From the NCBI GenBank assembly GCA_964505305.1, contig CAZDHE010000003.1, positions 1 through 53,946 of the forward strand: 53,946 nucleotides of DNA, in the 5' to 3' direction. How positions within the stretch are numbered: position 1 is the stretch's first letter; every line of letters starts with the position of its first letter. Positions 36,675-47,141 of the stretch are shown here, piece after piece. Made by a program: the position numbers and the translations under genes. The notes below the pieces were generated by a model. That model was not told the DNA's origin and did no database searches. It saw nothing but the letters and a program-made list of their open reading frames with translations. This DNA is from an uncultured Bdellovibrionales bacterium. Its GTDB lineage: Bacteria; Patescibacteriota; Minisyncoccia; Moranbacterales; DUUL01.

Positions 36675-38207
36675 ATGAAAATTAGAATTCCGATTGATAT
36701 AATCAAAATAAGCAGAAAACTTGAAGAAAACGGCTTCGAGAGTTTTTTGGTGGGCGGATGCGTGAGGGACTTGCTTTCAAATAAAAGTCCCAAAGATTGG
36801 GATATTACCACCAACGCCAAGCCGGAGGATATTTTGAAAATTTTCCCCTTTGGAAAATATCAAAATGAATTTGGAACGGTGGTTTTACCGGATAAATATT
36901 TTACCGAAAAAAACAAAGGCAAGGCCGGCAATCTTTACGAGATAACAACTTACAGAAAAGAGGGGAAATATACTGATAAAAGGCGGCCGGATGAGGTGGT
37001 TTTTGCTGAAAAAGTGGAGGACGATCTGAAAAGGAGGGATTTTACCATAAATGCCATGGCTATCCGGTTTTTGGATGTTGAGAAGCTGTGGAAAAGGGTT
37101 GGTGAAAGCTCTGTTGATACAGCTGTTCAGCTAACTGAGTATACAATAAAAGACATTTTTGGCGGAAAAATTGATTTGGATTCAAAGCTAATTAGAACCG
37201 TCGGCGACCCTTACGATAGAATTGAGGAAGACGCTTTAAGGATGATGCGGGCGGTTCGATTTGCCGTTCAGCTGGATTTTGAATTGGCTGTCTCCACTTA
37301 TGAAGCCATAAAAAAGAAGGCCGACAATTTAAGATTTATTTCCAAGGAAAGAATTCAAGAAGAGCTGACTAAGATATTTTTATCTCCTCGGCCGGCCAAG
37401 GGTGTTGATTTATTAGTGGAAACAAATTTGATGAACTGCATAATCCCGGAGGTGATAGAGGCGGTTGGGGTTAGGCAAAACCGCCATCATTACTACGGCC
37501 CTTACAATACCGTTTATAAACATATGCTGGCCAGTTTGGAAAAATGCCCTTCGGAAAAGCTGGAGGTTCGTTTAGCTGCTTTTTTGCACGATGTTGGCAA
37601 GCCTCAAACCAAAAGAGGAGAAGGCATCAACTCTACTTTTTACGGCCATGAATATGTTGGGGCCAGAAAAGCAAGAGAGATTTTGGAGAGGCTGAAATTT
37701 CCCCGGAAAGTTGTGGAAAAAACAGTCCTGTTAATAAAAAATCATATGTTTTATTATAATGTGGATGAGGTTGGCGAGTCAGGAGTTCGCCGAGTGATTA
37801 AAAAAGTGGGATTAGAAAACATAAATGATTTGATAGACGTGCGAATAGCCGATAGACTGGGCTCGGGAGTTCCCAAAGCTGTACCTTACAAATTGAGGCA
37901 CTTTAAGTTTATGGTGGAGAAGGTTAGCAAGGACGCGGTTTCAGTGAAGCAGTTAAACATAAACGGAGATGACCTTATCAAGGAGGTTAAAGTAAAACCG
38001 GGACCTAAAATAGGAGCAATTTTGGAGATTTTATTAGCCGAAGTGATTGATAATCCACAACTTAATAACAGGCGCCAATTATTGGAAAGAGCCCGAGAAT
38101 TGGCTAAAAAAGAGTTGAAAAGCCTAAGAAGCCAATCCAAGAAAAAAATTAAAGAAGAGAGAAAAAGAGAGGAAGAAGAAATTAAGGGTAAATATTATGT
38201 GAAGTAG
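36675..38207 (+). CDS. cca: CCA tRNA nucleotidyltransferase, class II, with HD domain
   Basis: VGGCVRD, DWD, RRDFTINAMA, EDALRMMR, LHDVGK. Confidence 0.9.
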   Translation: MKIRIPIDIIKISRKLEENGFESFLVGGCVRDLLSNKSPKDWDITTNAKPEDILKIFPFGKYQNEFGTVVLPDKYFTEKNKGKAGNLYEITTYRKEGKYTDKRRPDEVVFAEKVEDDLKRRDFTINAMAIRFLDVEKLWKRVGESSVDTAVQLTEYTIKDIFGGKIDLDSKLIRTVGDPYDRIEEDALRMMRAVRFAVQLDFELAVSTYEAIKKKADNLRFISKERIQEELTKIFLSPRPAKGVDLLVETNLMNCIIPEVIEAVGVRQNRHHYYGPYNTVYKHMLASLEKCPSEKLEVRLAAFLHDVGKPQTKRGEGINSTFYGHEYVGARKAREILERLKFPRKVVEKTVLLIKNHMFYYNVDEVGESGVRRVIKKVGLENINDLIDVRIADRLGSGVPKAVPYKLRHFKFMVEKVSKDAVSVKQLNINGDDLIKEVKVKPGPKIGAILEILLAEVIDNPQLNNRRQLLERARELAKKELKSLRSQSKKKIKEERKREEEEIKGKYYVK

Positions 38208-38315
38208 GGCTTTAAGCTTAACTGCCTGGGTCTTTCTTTTTTACGGTCTTTAATTATTTATTTTTGATTTTATTTTTAATCGGGAAAACTTACTTTTCCT
38301 TTACTCTAATTTGAT

Positions 38316-38344
38316 TTGACCATTTTCGGTATCTAAGCTATATT
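38316..38344 (+). promoter_or_regulatory. Putative promoter of tRNA(CAT)-dnaB
   Basis: TTGACC-17 bp-TATATT, 16 bp before the tRNA. Confidence 0.6.
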
Positions 38345-38360
38345 AAAAAAGCGATTTTAA

Positions 38361-38433
38361 GGGCCCGTAACTCAGCGGTCAGAGTAGTCGGCTCATAACC
38401 GATTAGTCGCTGGTTCAAATCCAGCCGGGCCCA
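38361..38433 (+). tRNA. tRNA with CAT anticodon, most likely Ile2 (lysidine) type; elongator Met not excluded
   Basis: GGGCCCGTAACTCAGCGGTCAGAG, GTCGG CTCATAA CCGAT; lacks initiator features. Confidence 0.85.
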
Positions 38434-38563
38434 CACAAAATTAATTATCTTTGGCGGCGGTTGCGCTTGGAAGCAGTTATTCATAAATACAAACAATTTA
38501 TATCAAGTTTTTCAAGTACTCACATTTTAGTTTTAGTGGGGAATAATTTAAATCAATACAATA

Positions 38564-40015
38564 ATGGCGGAAAAAGAAAAAAAGACAAACAAGAAGAGCG
38601 ATTTAAAGAAGACGGACAAGAAAGCTGTTTCCGCCAATAAGAAGAAGGGCGCTAAAACCAGCCTTTACCGGGGCGGTTTAAAAATGCCTCCCAATAATAT
38701 AGAAGCGGAGATTTCCACTCTGGGAGCTTTAATGATAGATAAAAACGCTATTACCAAGGTGGCTGATCTTTTGGAGGCGGATGATTTTTACAAAGAGAAG
38801 CACGAGAAGATTTTTCAAGTTATTCAGGATCTTTATCAAGAGGGAGACTCGTTAGACATTCTAAGCGTTTCCTCTAAATTAAAAGAAAAAAAACAATTAA
38901 AAGATATCGGAGGAAAGAGTTATTTAACAGAAATAATCAACGCCGTTCCCACCGCTTCCAATGTTGTCTCTTATGCCAACATTGTCAGAAAAAAGGCTAT
39001 TTTGAGGCGCTTAATCTCAACCGCTTCCGACATTGTGGAAATGGGCTATGATGAGGAAAAGCCGGTGGATGAAATTTTAGACAAAGCTGAACAGAGTCTT
39101 TTTGCGGTCGGTCAAAAATCAATCAAGCAGGATTTTAATCCAATAAACACTCTTCTGGAAAGCGCCTTTAATCGAATTGATGAAATGCACAAAGACTCCG
39201 GCAAATTTCGAGGAATTCCGACCGGTTTTTATGATTTAGACGGTATTTTATCCGGTTTACAGAAGTCTGATTTGGTAATTTTGGCTGCCAGACCTTCTTT
39301 GGGAAAAACTTCTTTTGCCTTGAATTTAGCTGCCAATGCAGCAATAGAATCTAAAGCTCCCGTAGGAATTTTCTCGTTGGAAATGTCTTCTGATCAGTTG
39401 GTGGATAGAATGCTGGCGGCCAGATCGGGAGTTAATTTGTGGAATTTAAGAACCGGCAATTTGGATTCGGACTCGGAAGATGACGATTTTCAAAAAATAG
39501 GCGATGCGATGGGAATTTTATCCGAGGCGCCCATTTACATTGACGACAGCGCCACGGCCAATATTATGGAGATGAGGACGATGGCGCGGAGACTGCAATC
39601 GGAAAAAGGTTTAAGTCTTTTGATTATAGACTATTTGCAACTAATGGAAGGAAGGGGAGGGAAAAACTCGGACAATAGAGTGCAGGAAATTTCCGAAATA
39701 TCCAGAGGGCTGAAAAATTTAGCTAAAGAACTAAATGTTCCTATTATAGCGCTATCCCAGCTTTCAAGAGCGGTGGAAAACAGAAGCCCGCAGATCCCCA
39801 AATTGTCAGATTTGAGAGAATCCGGGTCTATTGAGCAAGACGCGGATGTGGCAATGTTTTTGTACAGAGAGGACCGGGAGAAGCCGGACACGGAAAACCA
39901 AAATATTGTAGAAATTATAGTTGCCAAGCACAGAAACGGACCCGTGGGAAAAGCTTTTCTTTATTTTGACGACGCCACCACTTCTTTTAAGTCTTTGGAC
40001 AGAAAAAGGGGATAA
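38564..40015 (+). CDS. dnaB: Replicative DNA helicase DnaB
   Basis: AARPSLGKT, FSLEMS, IIDYLQLM, LSQLSR, DLRESGSIEQDAD, KHRNGP. Confidence 0.97.
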   Translation: MAEKEKKTNKKSDLKKTDKKAVSANKKKGAKTSLYRGGLKMPPNNIEAEISTLGALMIDKNAITKVADLLEADDFYKEKHEKIFQVIQDLYQEGDSLDILSVSSKLKEKKQLKDIGGKSYLTEIINAVPTASNVVSYANIVRKKAILRRLISTASDIVEMGYDEEKPVDEILDKAEQSLFAVGQKSIKQDFNPINTLLESAFNRIDEMHKDSGKFRGIPTGFYDLDGILSGLQKSDLVILAARPSLGKTSFALNLAANAAIESKAPVGIFSLEMSSDQLVDRMLAARSGVNLWNLRTGNLDSDSEDDDFQKIGDAMGILSEAPIYIDDSATANIMEMRTMARRLQSEKGLSLLIIDYLQLMEGRGGKNSDNRVQEISEISRGLKNLAKELNVPIIALSQLSRAVENRSPQIPKLSDLRESGSIEQDADVAMFLYREDREKPDTENQNIVEIIVAKHRNGPVGKAFLYFDDATTSFKSLDRKRG

Positions 40016-40237
40016 AATCGATATTTGCGGGATTAAATTAAAGTTAAACGGAGAAAACGGGAAAAATTAAGAAATTAAGAGGATGGGGAACAGCGGGAAA
40101 TTTTTGAGTTGCCCTTTCTTATTCGGCATTTTGAGCCTTGCTTTTTTTGGAACCGGTCCCGCTCTCAAAAAATCCAAACAACTAAAATTGACTTGCTTTT
40201 TGCAAGAAGCGTGAAGATTAAAAAGTAATAAAAAAGC

Positions 40238-41080
40238 ATGAAAAAAATTCTTATCGTAGAGGATGATCCTATGCTTTCAGAGGTTTATGGAAAAAAGTTT
40301 GAAAAAGCGGGTGATTACGAGGTTCTTAAAGCCACCAGCGGAACCGAAACCTTGGAAAAGATAAAAAAACACAAGCCGGATTTAGTTTTACTGGATTTAG
40401 TTTTGCCGGAAATGGACGGATTTGATATTTTAAGGGAAGTTAGAAAAGATGAAAAGCTGGACGGAGTGAAAATTGTTCCCTTTTCCAATTTGTCTCAAGA
40501 AGAAAACAAGGCCAAAGCTGAAGAAATGGGAGCTACCGGATTTATAGCCAAGTCCGAATATACCCCCGCTCAAATAGTGGAAAAAGTGAAAGAGTTGCTA
40601 CAAGAAGACGTCGAAGGGAGCTTTGGTCAGGGCGGAGAAGCGGACGGTCGGCAAGAGCAAGGAGAGGTGATTAAAAAAACTCCTCCGACTTTTCAGAGGC
40701 GTTCCGGCGCGGGGGATATTTTAATGATTGAAGATGAAAGCGTTTTCTCGGAAGTTTTTGGACTAAAACTGGAAAATCAAGGGTTTGAAGTTGAATTTGC
40801 GGAAACGGCCAAAGACGGCATTTTTCAGGCCGGTTCCAATAAATACGATTTAATTATTACCGATATTATGATGCCGGATCGCAAAGGATCGGAGATTGTT
40901 AACGAAATCAGGCATACTAAAAAAAATCAAAAAACACCCATTTACATTCTGGCTGACGAGACCGACGACAAGGAGGAATTAAGAAAAGCTCAATCCTTGG
41001 GAGCGGGTAAGGTTTTGGACAAAAACAACATTACTCCGGAAGATTTGGTTCAAGAGTGCCGAGAGGCTGTTGAAAAATAA
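40238..41080 (+). CDS. Tandem two-receiver-domain response regulator
   Basis: ILIVEDD...LLDLVLPEMDG and ILMIEDE...ITDIMMP domains; no output domain. Confidence 0.85.
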   Translation: MKKILIVEDDPMLSEVYGKKFEKAGDYEVLKATSGTETLEKIKKHKPDLVLLDLVLPEMDGFDILREVRKDEKLDGVKIVPFSNLSQEENKAKAEEMGATGFIAKSEYTPAQIVEKVKELLQEDVEGSFGQGGEADGRQEQGEVIKKTPPTFQRRSGAGDILMIEDESVFSEVFGLKLENQGFEVEFAETAKDGIFQAGSNKYDLIITDIMMPDRKGSEIVNEIRHTKKNQKTPIYILADETDDKEELRKAQSLGAGKVLDKNNITPEDLVQECREAVEK

Positions 41081-41133
41081 TCAAGAAAGAAAATTATAAG
41101 CGGGTAATTTTTGATAATGCCAAAATTAAGATT

Positions 41134-41856
41134 ATGTATACTGTAAAAACCGATCAATTTGAAGGTCCTCTGGAAGTTCTATTAAAAATGATCGAGAGAA
41201 ACAAGCTGGACATTACTCGATTTTCTTTGGCGGAGGTGGCGGGGGAGTATTTAAATTATATTGAAGAAAAAAAGCAAAAAGAGGAAGTTTTGAGAAATTT
41301 AAGCCAATTTCTTTGGGTGGCTTCCGGCTTGGCTCTCTTAAAATCAAAAGCTTTACTTCCGGATATTGAAATTGGAGAGGGCGAAGAAGAAGATTTGGAA
41401 GAATTGGAGCGAAGAGTTAAAGAATACCGAAAATTTAAACAATTGGGGGAGGCGATTAAGATTAAACTCTTGAAAGAAGGGGAGGGGTTTAAAAAGAGTA
41501 AAAACAAAGAAGCCGACACGGAAACAAAGAGCGCCCCCCGGAGTGTTTTTATCGAACAAAACAAGCTTTTGAATTCTTATTTAAGAATAAAGAGAGAGTT
41601 TCTGGAGACTCAAGAGCAGCTTCAAGAAAAAAAGCGGGAAGAAGAGAATTTTTTTAGCATAGAAGAAAAAATTAATCAAATTAAGATTTTTTTAGAAAAA
41701 ACGCAAAGAGTGTCTTTTTTGAAAACTGTAAATAATTCTTGCGACAAAGTGGAAATTATAGTCTCCTTTTTATCTATTTTGGAGCTTTTGAAACAAAAAA
41801 GCGTTAAATTGGAGCAAAAAGAACTGTTTGCCGAAATTTTTATCCAAAAAAGATGA
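41134..41856 (+). CDS. scpA: Segregation and condensation protein A (kleisin)
   Basis: FEGPLEVLL, LKSKALLP, VSFLSILELLK, QKELFAEI. Confidence 0.92.
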   Translation: MYTVKTDQFEGPLEVLLKMIERNKLDITRFSLAEVAGEYLNYIEEKKQKEEVLRNLSQFLWVASGLALLKSKALLPDIEIGEGEEEDLEELERRVKEYRKFKQLGEAIKIKLLKEGEGFKKSKNKEADTETKSAPRSVFIEQNKLLNSYLRIKREFLETQEQLQEKKREEENFFSIEEKINQIKIFLEKTQRVSFLKTVNNSCDKVEIIVSFLSILELLKQKSVKLEQKELFAEIFIQKR

Positions 41857-41892
41857 GTAGAGCGGCGCTAAGCCTTTTATCAATAAAATAAT

Positions 41893-42468
41893 TTGATTTT
41901 AAAAATGAATGCAGACCGATTAAAAACCAAGCGGAGAGATCAAGTGAAAAAAGAAATGGAGGCCATCCTCTTTTTGTCCGAGGAAGGGGTGGAAATAAAA
42001 AGATTAGCCTCTTTCTTTAATTTTTCCGAAAAAGAAGCGCTGGAGTGCGTGGAAGAATTGATAAAAAAATATAAAGAAGCCGACGCCGGGATATCCTTGT
42101 TTCAAGATGGCCAAAAGGTTCAAATGGTTTCTGAGGAGTCGACTTCGGCGGCGGTAAAAGATTTTTATAATAAGAAAAACTCTTCTTCTTTGGGAGATTC
42201 CGCCTTGGAAGTCTTGGCTATTATTGCTTATAGAGGACCGATAAGCAGAGCGGGGGTGGATTATATAAGAGGGGTCAATAGCCATTTGGCGATCAGAAAA
42301 CTCTCCGAACTGGGCTTAATTGAGAAAGAAGAAAACCCTTCGGATTCCCGCTCTTATTTGTATAGGCCGGGAATCGGCTTTTTGAGGAAAGCCGGATTGA
42401 ATAAGTTGGAAGATTTGCCGGAATATGATAAACTTTCCAAAGAGTTTTTGGGCAAGGATGAAATGTAA
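41893..42468 (+). CDS. scpB: Segregation and condensation protein B
   Basis: EAILF, ALEVLAIIAYRGPISRAGVDYIRGVNS, GLNKLEDLP. Confidence 0.93.
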   Translation: MILKMNADRLKTKRRDQVKKEMEAILFLSEEGVEIKRLASFFNFSEKEALECVEELIKKYKEADAGISLFQDGQKVQMVSEESTSAAVKDFYNKKNSSSLGDSALEVLAIIAYRGPISRAGVDYIRGVNSHLAIRKLSELGLIEKEENPSDSRSYLYRPGIGFLRKAGLNKLEDLPEYDKLSKEFLGKDEM

Positions 42469-42486
42469 CGCTTCAAATAAAAACTT

Positions 42487-43560
42487 ATGCAAAATAAAAA
42501 AAGGTTAAAATATTCAATTATAATTTTTTTAATCTTGTTTGCTGGGGGGTGGTTTTTTGTTTCTCCTTCCTTTAGGGGAGGAAAGAACCTTGCTAAGCAG
42601 AGCAATTTTCAGAAAGATCGTTCTTTTTATAAAGAACAAGTTAGCGTCAAAGGCGCAGAGGCCAAACAAGAAGAGAAAAGCGCCAATATAACCTTTGAAA
42701 ATTTGCTGGTCGGCCAACCGGATGCCCCTCAAAAGAAGGAGGGTTTTGGCGATTTTTATGACAGATCCAAAGCATCTATTGCCATAGATGCCGAGACGGG
42801 AACAATTCTACATTATCATAATGCCAGAGAAAAAAGATCTATCGCCTCCTTAACCAAAGTGATGACCGCGATTGTTGTTTTGGAGGAAGTTGAAGACCTA
42901 AAAAAAGAAATCGTTACCATTGACAAAGAGGCTCTTTCTCAAATAGGCACAAGGGTTGGCTGTCCCGGAAGCGGTCATTGTGTTTCCAACAGGTTGCAAT
43001 TGGGGGAAGAAATATCCGCCTGTAATCTTTTTCAGGCTATGGTGATGAATAGCACCAACGATGCCGCTGTGGCTTTGGGAAACCACATTGCCGGCTCCCA
43101 GGAAGAATTTGCTCACTTAATGAATAAAAAAGCTCAAGAGATGGGTTTAAAAGATACTCATTTTTGCAACGCTTCCGGCTTGGATGACGATGATAATCCC
43201 GGCGCCTGTTATTCCACGGCCTATGACATTGCCAGAATCTCAGCTTATTCTTTGCAGTATGATGAGATTTGGGATACTATGAAAATTAAAGAAAAGGATG
43301 TCTATTCAGCCGATGGTCAAATAAAGCACAGAATTGTTAACACGGATATGCTTATAGAAGAGATGTCTAATTGCTTGGGAGGCAAAACCGGATTTACCTA
43401 CGAGGCGGGCAAATCTTTAATGACGTCAGCTCATCACCCGGCGGATAAAGACAAAAAAGTAATTGGGGTGGTGCTGGACAACAATTATCGCTGGGAGGAT
43501 ATGAAGAAATTACTCAAATGGAGTTTTCAGGCTTATGAATGGCCCGATTCCGATAGTTGA
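42487..43560 (+). CDS. D-alanyl-D-alanine carboxypeptidase (peptidase S11)
   Basis: ASLTK (SxxK), STN (SxN), GKTGFT (KTG); N-terminal TM helix. Confidence 0.9.
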   Translation: MQNKKRLKYSIIIFLILFAGGWFFVSPSFRGGKNLAKQSNFQKDRSFYKEQVSVKGAEAKQEEKSANITFENLLVGQPDAPQKKEGFGDFYDRSKASIAIDAETGTILHYHNAREKRSIASLTKVMTAIVVLEEVEDLKKEIVTIDKEALSQIGTRVGCPGSGHCVSNRLQLGEEISACNLFQAMVMNSTNDAAVALGNHIAGSQEEFAHLMNKKAQEMGLKDTHFCNASGLDDDDNPGACYSTAYDIARISAYSLQYDEIWDTMKIKEKDVYSADGQIKHRIVNTDMLIEEMSNCLGGKTGFTYEAGKSLMTSAHHPADKDKKVIGVVLDNNYRWEDMKKLLKWSFQAYEWPDSDS

Positions 43561-43620
43561 AAATTTTTGTAAATAATTATAACCGATAGCCGGGGAAAAT
43601 TTTTAAATAAATTATTTTTT

Positions 43621-44721
43621 ATGGGTATCGCTCAAATTCAAACCATTCCGGAGGTTTTGGTGATGGCTAAGCTGATATTTCTGGGCTCATCCGCTTTTGT
43701 TTTGGCTATGCTGCTAACTCCGGTGCTGACTCATTTTTTATATAAATACAAAATCGGCATTAAAATTAAAAAGAAATCGGTAAGCGGAGAAAAGCTTTCT
43801 TTTGTGAGCCGTTTGCATTCCCACAAGGAAGGCACCCCCACCATGGGAGGGATAGTTGTTTGGTTCACGGTGGCTGTTTTGATTTTTTCTGTTTACCTTA
43901 TTGCTCCAATCCTGGGTAATTTTTTTGATAGCAATTGGATCAAAGATTTGAATTTTTTAACCAGAAGCCAAACCTGGCTTCCTTTATTTGCTCTCTTAAC
44001 AACCGCTTTTCTGGGGTTGGCGGATGATTATATGAGTATTAAAAAAATTGGCGGCAACAAAGGCGGAGGAATGAGATTTGCTGTTCGCTTGGGTTGGCTT
44101 TTAGCTATTTCTTCGGTGGGGGCATGGTGGTTCTACAGCAAACTGGGCTGGGATTTAATCCACGTTCCGGCAGTGGGCGACTTTGAGGTGGGACTTTGGT
44201 ATATACCTATTTTTATTGCTGTTATTGTTTCTATGGCGGTGTCCTCCAATGAAACCGACGGATTGGACGGGCTTAATGCCGGAGTGCTAATTCAAGCCTT
44301 TGGTGTTTTTTCTGTAATTGCTTTTTTTCAAGGCAAAATTGATTTAGCTGCTTTTTGCGCGGTAGTGGGAGGGTCATTGCTGGCCTTTTTGTGGTTTAAT
44401 TTCTACCCGGCTCGATTTTTTATGGGAGATACCGGGGCGGTTTCTTTGGGAGCGACTTTGGGGGTGGTAGCAATGCTTACCAATTCCATTTTGGTTCTTC
44501 CTTTGGTGGTGTTTATTTATTTTGCCGAATCCGGCTCGGTGATTATTCAAATGCTCTCCAAAAAAATATTCAAGAAAAAGGTTTTTCTTTCCGCTCCGCT
44601 GCACCACCATTTTGAAGCTATGGGCTGGCCGGAAACCAAAGTGACGGTTCGTTTTTGGATTATTAACATAGTTTTAGCTTTAGCGGGCTTGTTGACGGGA
44701 ATTTTGGGAAGAGGAGTGTAG
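43621..44721 (+). CDS. mraY: Phospho-N-acetylmuramoyl-pentapeptide transferase
   Basis: KEGTPTMGG, GLADD, NETDGLDGL, FMGDTG, APLHHHFE. Confidence 0.95.
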   Translation: MGIAQIQTIPEVLVMAKLIFLGSSAFVLAMLLTPVLTHFLYKYKIGIKIKKKSVSGEKLSFVSRLHSHKEGTPTMGGIVVWFTVAVLIFSVYLIAPILGNFFDSNWIKDLNFLTRSQTWLPLFALLTTAFLGLADDYMSIKKIGGNKGGGMRFAVRLGWLLAISSVGAWWFYSKLGWDLIHVPAVGDFEVGLWYIPIFIAVIVSMAVSSNETDGLDGLNAGVLIQAFGVFSVIAFFQGKIDLAAFCAVVGGSLLAFLWFNFYPARFFMGDTGAVSLGATLGVVAMLTNSILVLPLVVFIYFAESGSVIIQMLSKKIFKKKVFLSAPLHHHFEAMGWPETKVTVRFWIINIVLALAGLLTGILGRGV

Positions 44722-44799
44722 CAATAATAGATTGCAGGTAAAAGAAGAGGAGTTAAAACTTATAGAAATTGGAAAAAACAAATAAGGCTGATTTCTTTC

Positions 44800-45414
44800 T
44801 CAGTCTCGAAAGGGAACAAAAAGAAATCCCGGGTAAGAAGTTTTTTTAAATCCTTTGACAGTCCTTTCTATTTTTTGAATATCATTTTTTTGAGTGGGCG
44901 CTATTAAAACTCCATTTATTTTTAATTTATCCAAGAGATTTTCCGGGATTTTTTTGAAAGCGGCTCCGGAGTGGATTTTGTCAACCTTGTTAATTTTATG
45001 CCAGTAATTCTGGACCTTGCCTATGGTATAAATAACATTACGGCGGCAATGGAAGTAAACAGCCTTTTTGCCAAACATTCCCATAGAAGGATTTGATTCA
45101 TAGGCATAAACCTTGCCGCTTTTTCCGGTTAGGGAACCCATCAAGCAGCTAACCCATCCGCTTCCGGCTCCTATGTCCAAAATGTAATCCCCTTTCCTTA
45201 TTCCCAACAACTCTAACATAAAAGCCACCGTGGTTGGCTGAGAAATAGTCTGCCCTTCGGTGATCTCTATTGGTTTATCCAGATAAGCATAAGACCTCCA
45301 CTTTTCCGGAACAAAATTTATCCTGTCCATGGCCAAAAAAGCTTGTTCAACCTTCTTTGTTTGTATAGCTCCCGACTCGACCAAATAATCAACTAATTGT
45401 TTATTGCTTTTCAT
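44800..45414 (-). CDS. pcm: Protein-L-isoaspartate O-methyltransferase
   Basis: GQTISQP, LDIGAGSGW, FLFVP. Confidence 0.9.
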   Translation of the reverse strand: MKSNKQLVDYLVESGAIQTKKVEQAFLAMDRINFVPEKWRSYAYLDKPIEITEGQTISQPTTVAFMLELLGIRKGDYILDIGAGSGWVSCLMGSLTGKSGKVYAYESNPSMGMFGKKAVYFHCRRNVIYTIGKVQNYWHKINKVDKIHSGAAFKKIPENLLDKLKINGVLIAPTQKNDIQKIERTVKGFKKTSYPGFLFVPFRD

Positions 45415-45512
45415 AAGAATGGCATTAAGATTTAAATATCTCTCCTCTCTTTTGTTATTACAAAAAGAAAAGAATTGTTTTTTAATAAAATGTAAAAGAT
45501 TAGCTTCAAAAT

Positions 45513-47006
45513 ATGTCTTCCAAAGTTTATTCCGCGTCTATTTATGGAATGGAGGGAAAATTAATTGAAATCGAAGTGGATACCGCGCCCGGCCAGCCGG
45601 TTTTCAATATTGTGGGGCTTCCGGATGCCGCCGTAAAAGAAGCCAAAGAAAGAGTTACCAGCGCTATCAAAAATTCCGGTTTTAAGTCTCCTAATTTTTT
45701 CGGGCGCATTACCGTTAATTTGGCTCCGGCGGATTTGAAAAAAGAAGGCCCCTTTTTTGATCTGCCTATAGCGTTAGGTTTTTTGTTGGCTTCCAAACAA
45801 ATATCTTCCTTGCCCAAAAGTTCTGTTTTTATGGGAGAATTGTCTTTGGATGGCAGACTAAGAAAAATTAAAGGAGCTTTACCGGTGGCGCTTTCTTTAA
45901 AAGAAAAAGGAATGAAAAACCTTTTTTTACCTGAAGAAACCGCCCCGGAGGCTAATTTGGCCGAAGAAATAAATGTTTTTCCGGTAAAATCTTTGAAAGA
46001 CTTCACCCAAGCCTTAAACAAAAATGTTTTTCAAAAATTGCCCAAAAAAGATTTAAGCGATTTCTTCTTGCAGGAAGATATGGAAGATTTTGACTTTTGT
46101 TATATTAAGGGGCAAGAACATGCCAAAAGAGCCTTGGAGATAGCTGTATCCGGAGGTCACAATATTCTTCTCTCCGGTCCTCCGGGTTCGGGAAAAACTA
46201 TGCTGGCCAAGTCCGTAATTTCCATAATGCCGGAAATGAGCAAGCCCGAGTCTTTTGAGGTTACCAAGCTTTATTCGGTGGCCGGTTTAACTGACAACTC
46301 CCGGCCGCTTATTGCCAACAGGCCCTTTCGCAATCCTCATCACAGTTCTTCTCCTGTTTCTTTGGTAGGAGGAGGCGTTTTTCCCAAGCCGGGGGAGATT
46401 TCTTTGGCCAATCGGGGAGTTTTGTTTCTGGATGAATTTCCGGAATTTTCCAGGGAGCTTATTGAAAATCTTCGCCAGCCCCTGGAAGATGGAACAATTT
46501 CTATTTCCAGAGCTCAAGGGTCTTTAAACTTTCCGGCTCGTTTTATGCTGATTGCGGCTATGAATCCTTGTCCTTGCGGAAACGCCACTGATCCGGAAAA
46601 ATTTTGCACTTGCACGCCGGCTCAAGTTTCTCGCTATAAAAGAAGGCTTTCCGGGCCTATTTTGGATCGCATAGATCTACATATCGAGGTTCCCAGGTTA
46701 AAGTTTGAAAAATTATCCGGTAACAAACCGGCCGAAGAAAGCAAAAAAGCCAAAGAAAGGGTGGTGCGCGCCCGGGAAATTCAAAAAAACAGATTCAAAA
46801 AACTTTCTTTGATAACCAATTCCGAAATGAACACCAAACTTATAGGGCGATTTTGTCCTATTGGAGAACCGGAAAAACAACTCCTCAAATCCGCCATCAA
46901 TCAAATGAATTTATCTCCCAGGGCTTATCATAGAATTTTAAAAGTAGCTCGCACCATAGCGGATTTATCGGGAGAAAAAAATATAAACACCAATCATTTA
47001 GCCTAG
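45513..47006 (+). CDS. comM: ComM/YifB Mg-chelatase-like AAA+ helicase with premature stop about 10 codons from the end
   Basis: IVGLPD, NLAPADL, GPPGSGKT, PFRNPHH, GVLFLDE, NPCPCG, ARTIADL; in-frame continuation after TAG reads AVQFRFKEE* (to 47036). Confidence 0.93.
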   Translation: MSSKVYSASIYGMEGKLIEIEVDTAPGQPVFNIVGLPDAAVKEAKERVTSAIKNSGFKSPNFFGRITVNLAPADLKKEGPFFDLPIALGFLLASKQISSLPKSSVFMGELSLDGRLRKIKGALPVALSLKEKGMKNLFLPEETAPEANLAEEINVFPVKSLKDFTQALNKNVFQKLPKKDLSDFFLQEDMEDFDFCYIKGQEHAKRALEIAVSGGHNILLSGPPGSGKTMLAKSVISIMPEMSKPESFEVTKLYSVAGLTDNSRPLIANRPFRNPHHSSSPVSLVGGGVFPKPGEISLANRGVLFLDEFPEFSRELIENLRQPLEDGTISISRAQGSLNFPARFMLIAAMNPCPCGNATDPEKFCTCTPAQVSRYKRRLSGPILDRIDLHIEVPRLKFEKLSGNKPAEESKKAKERVVRAREIQKNRFKKLSLITNSEMNTKLIGRFCPIGEPEKQLLKSAINQMNLSPRAYHRILKVARTIADLSGEKNINTNHLA

Positions 47007-47141
47007 GCGGTACAGTTTAGATTTAAGGAAGAATAGTTGAGTATAAGCAAGAGAATAGAAACTCCCCTCCTCAAAAAAGCTTATTCCACCGAGCGGCCAT
47101 TCAGTTTTCTCTTCCCTTAGGGGGCGGGAGTGTATAAATAA

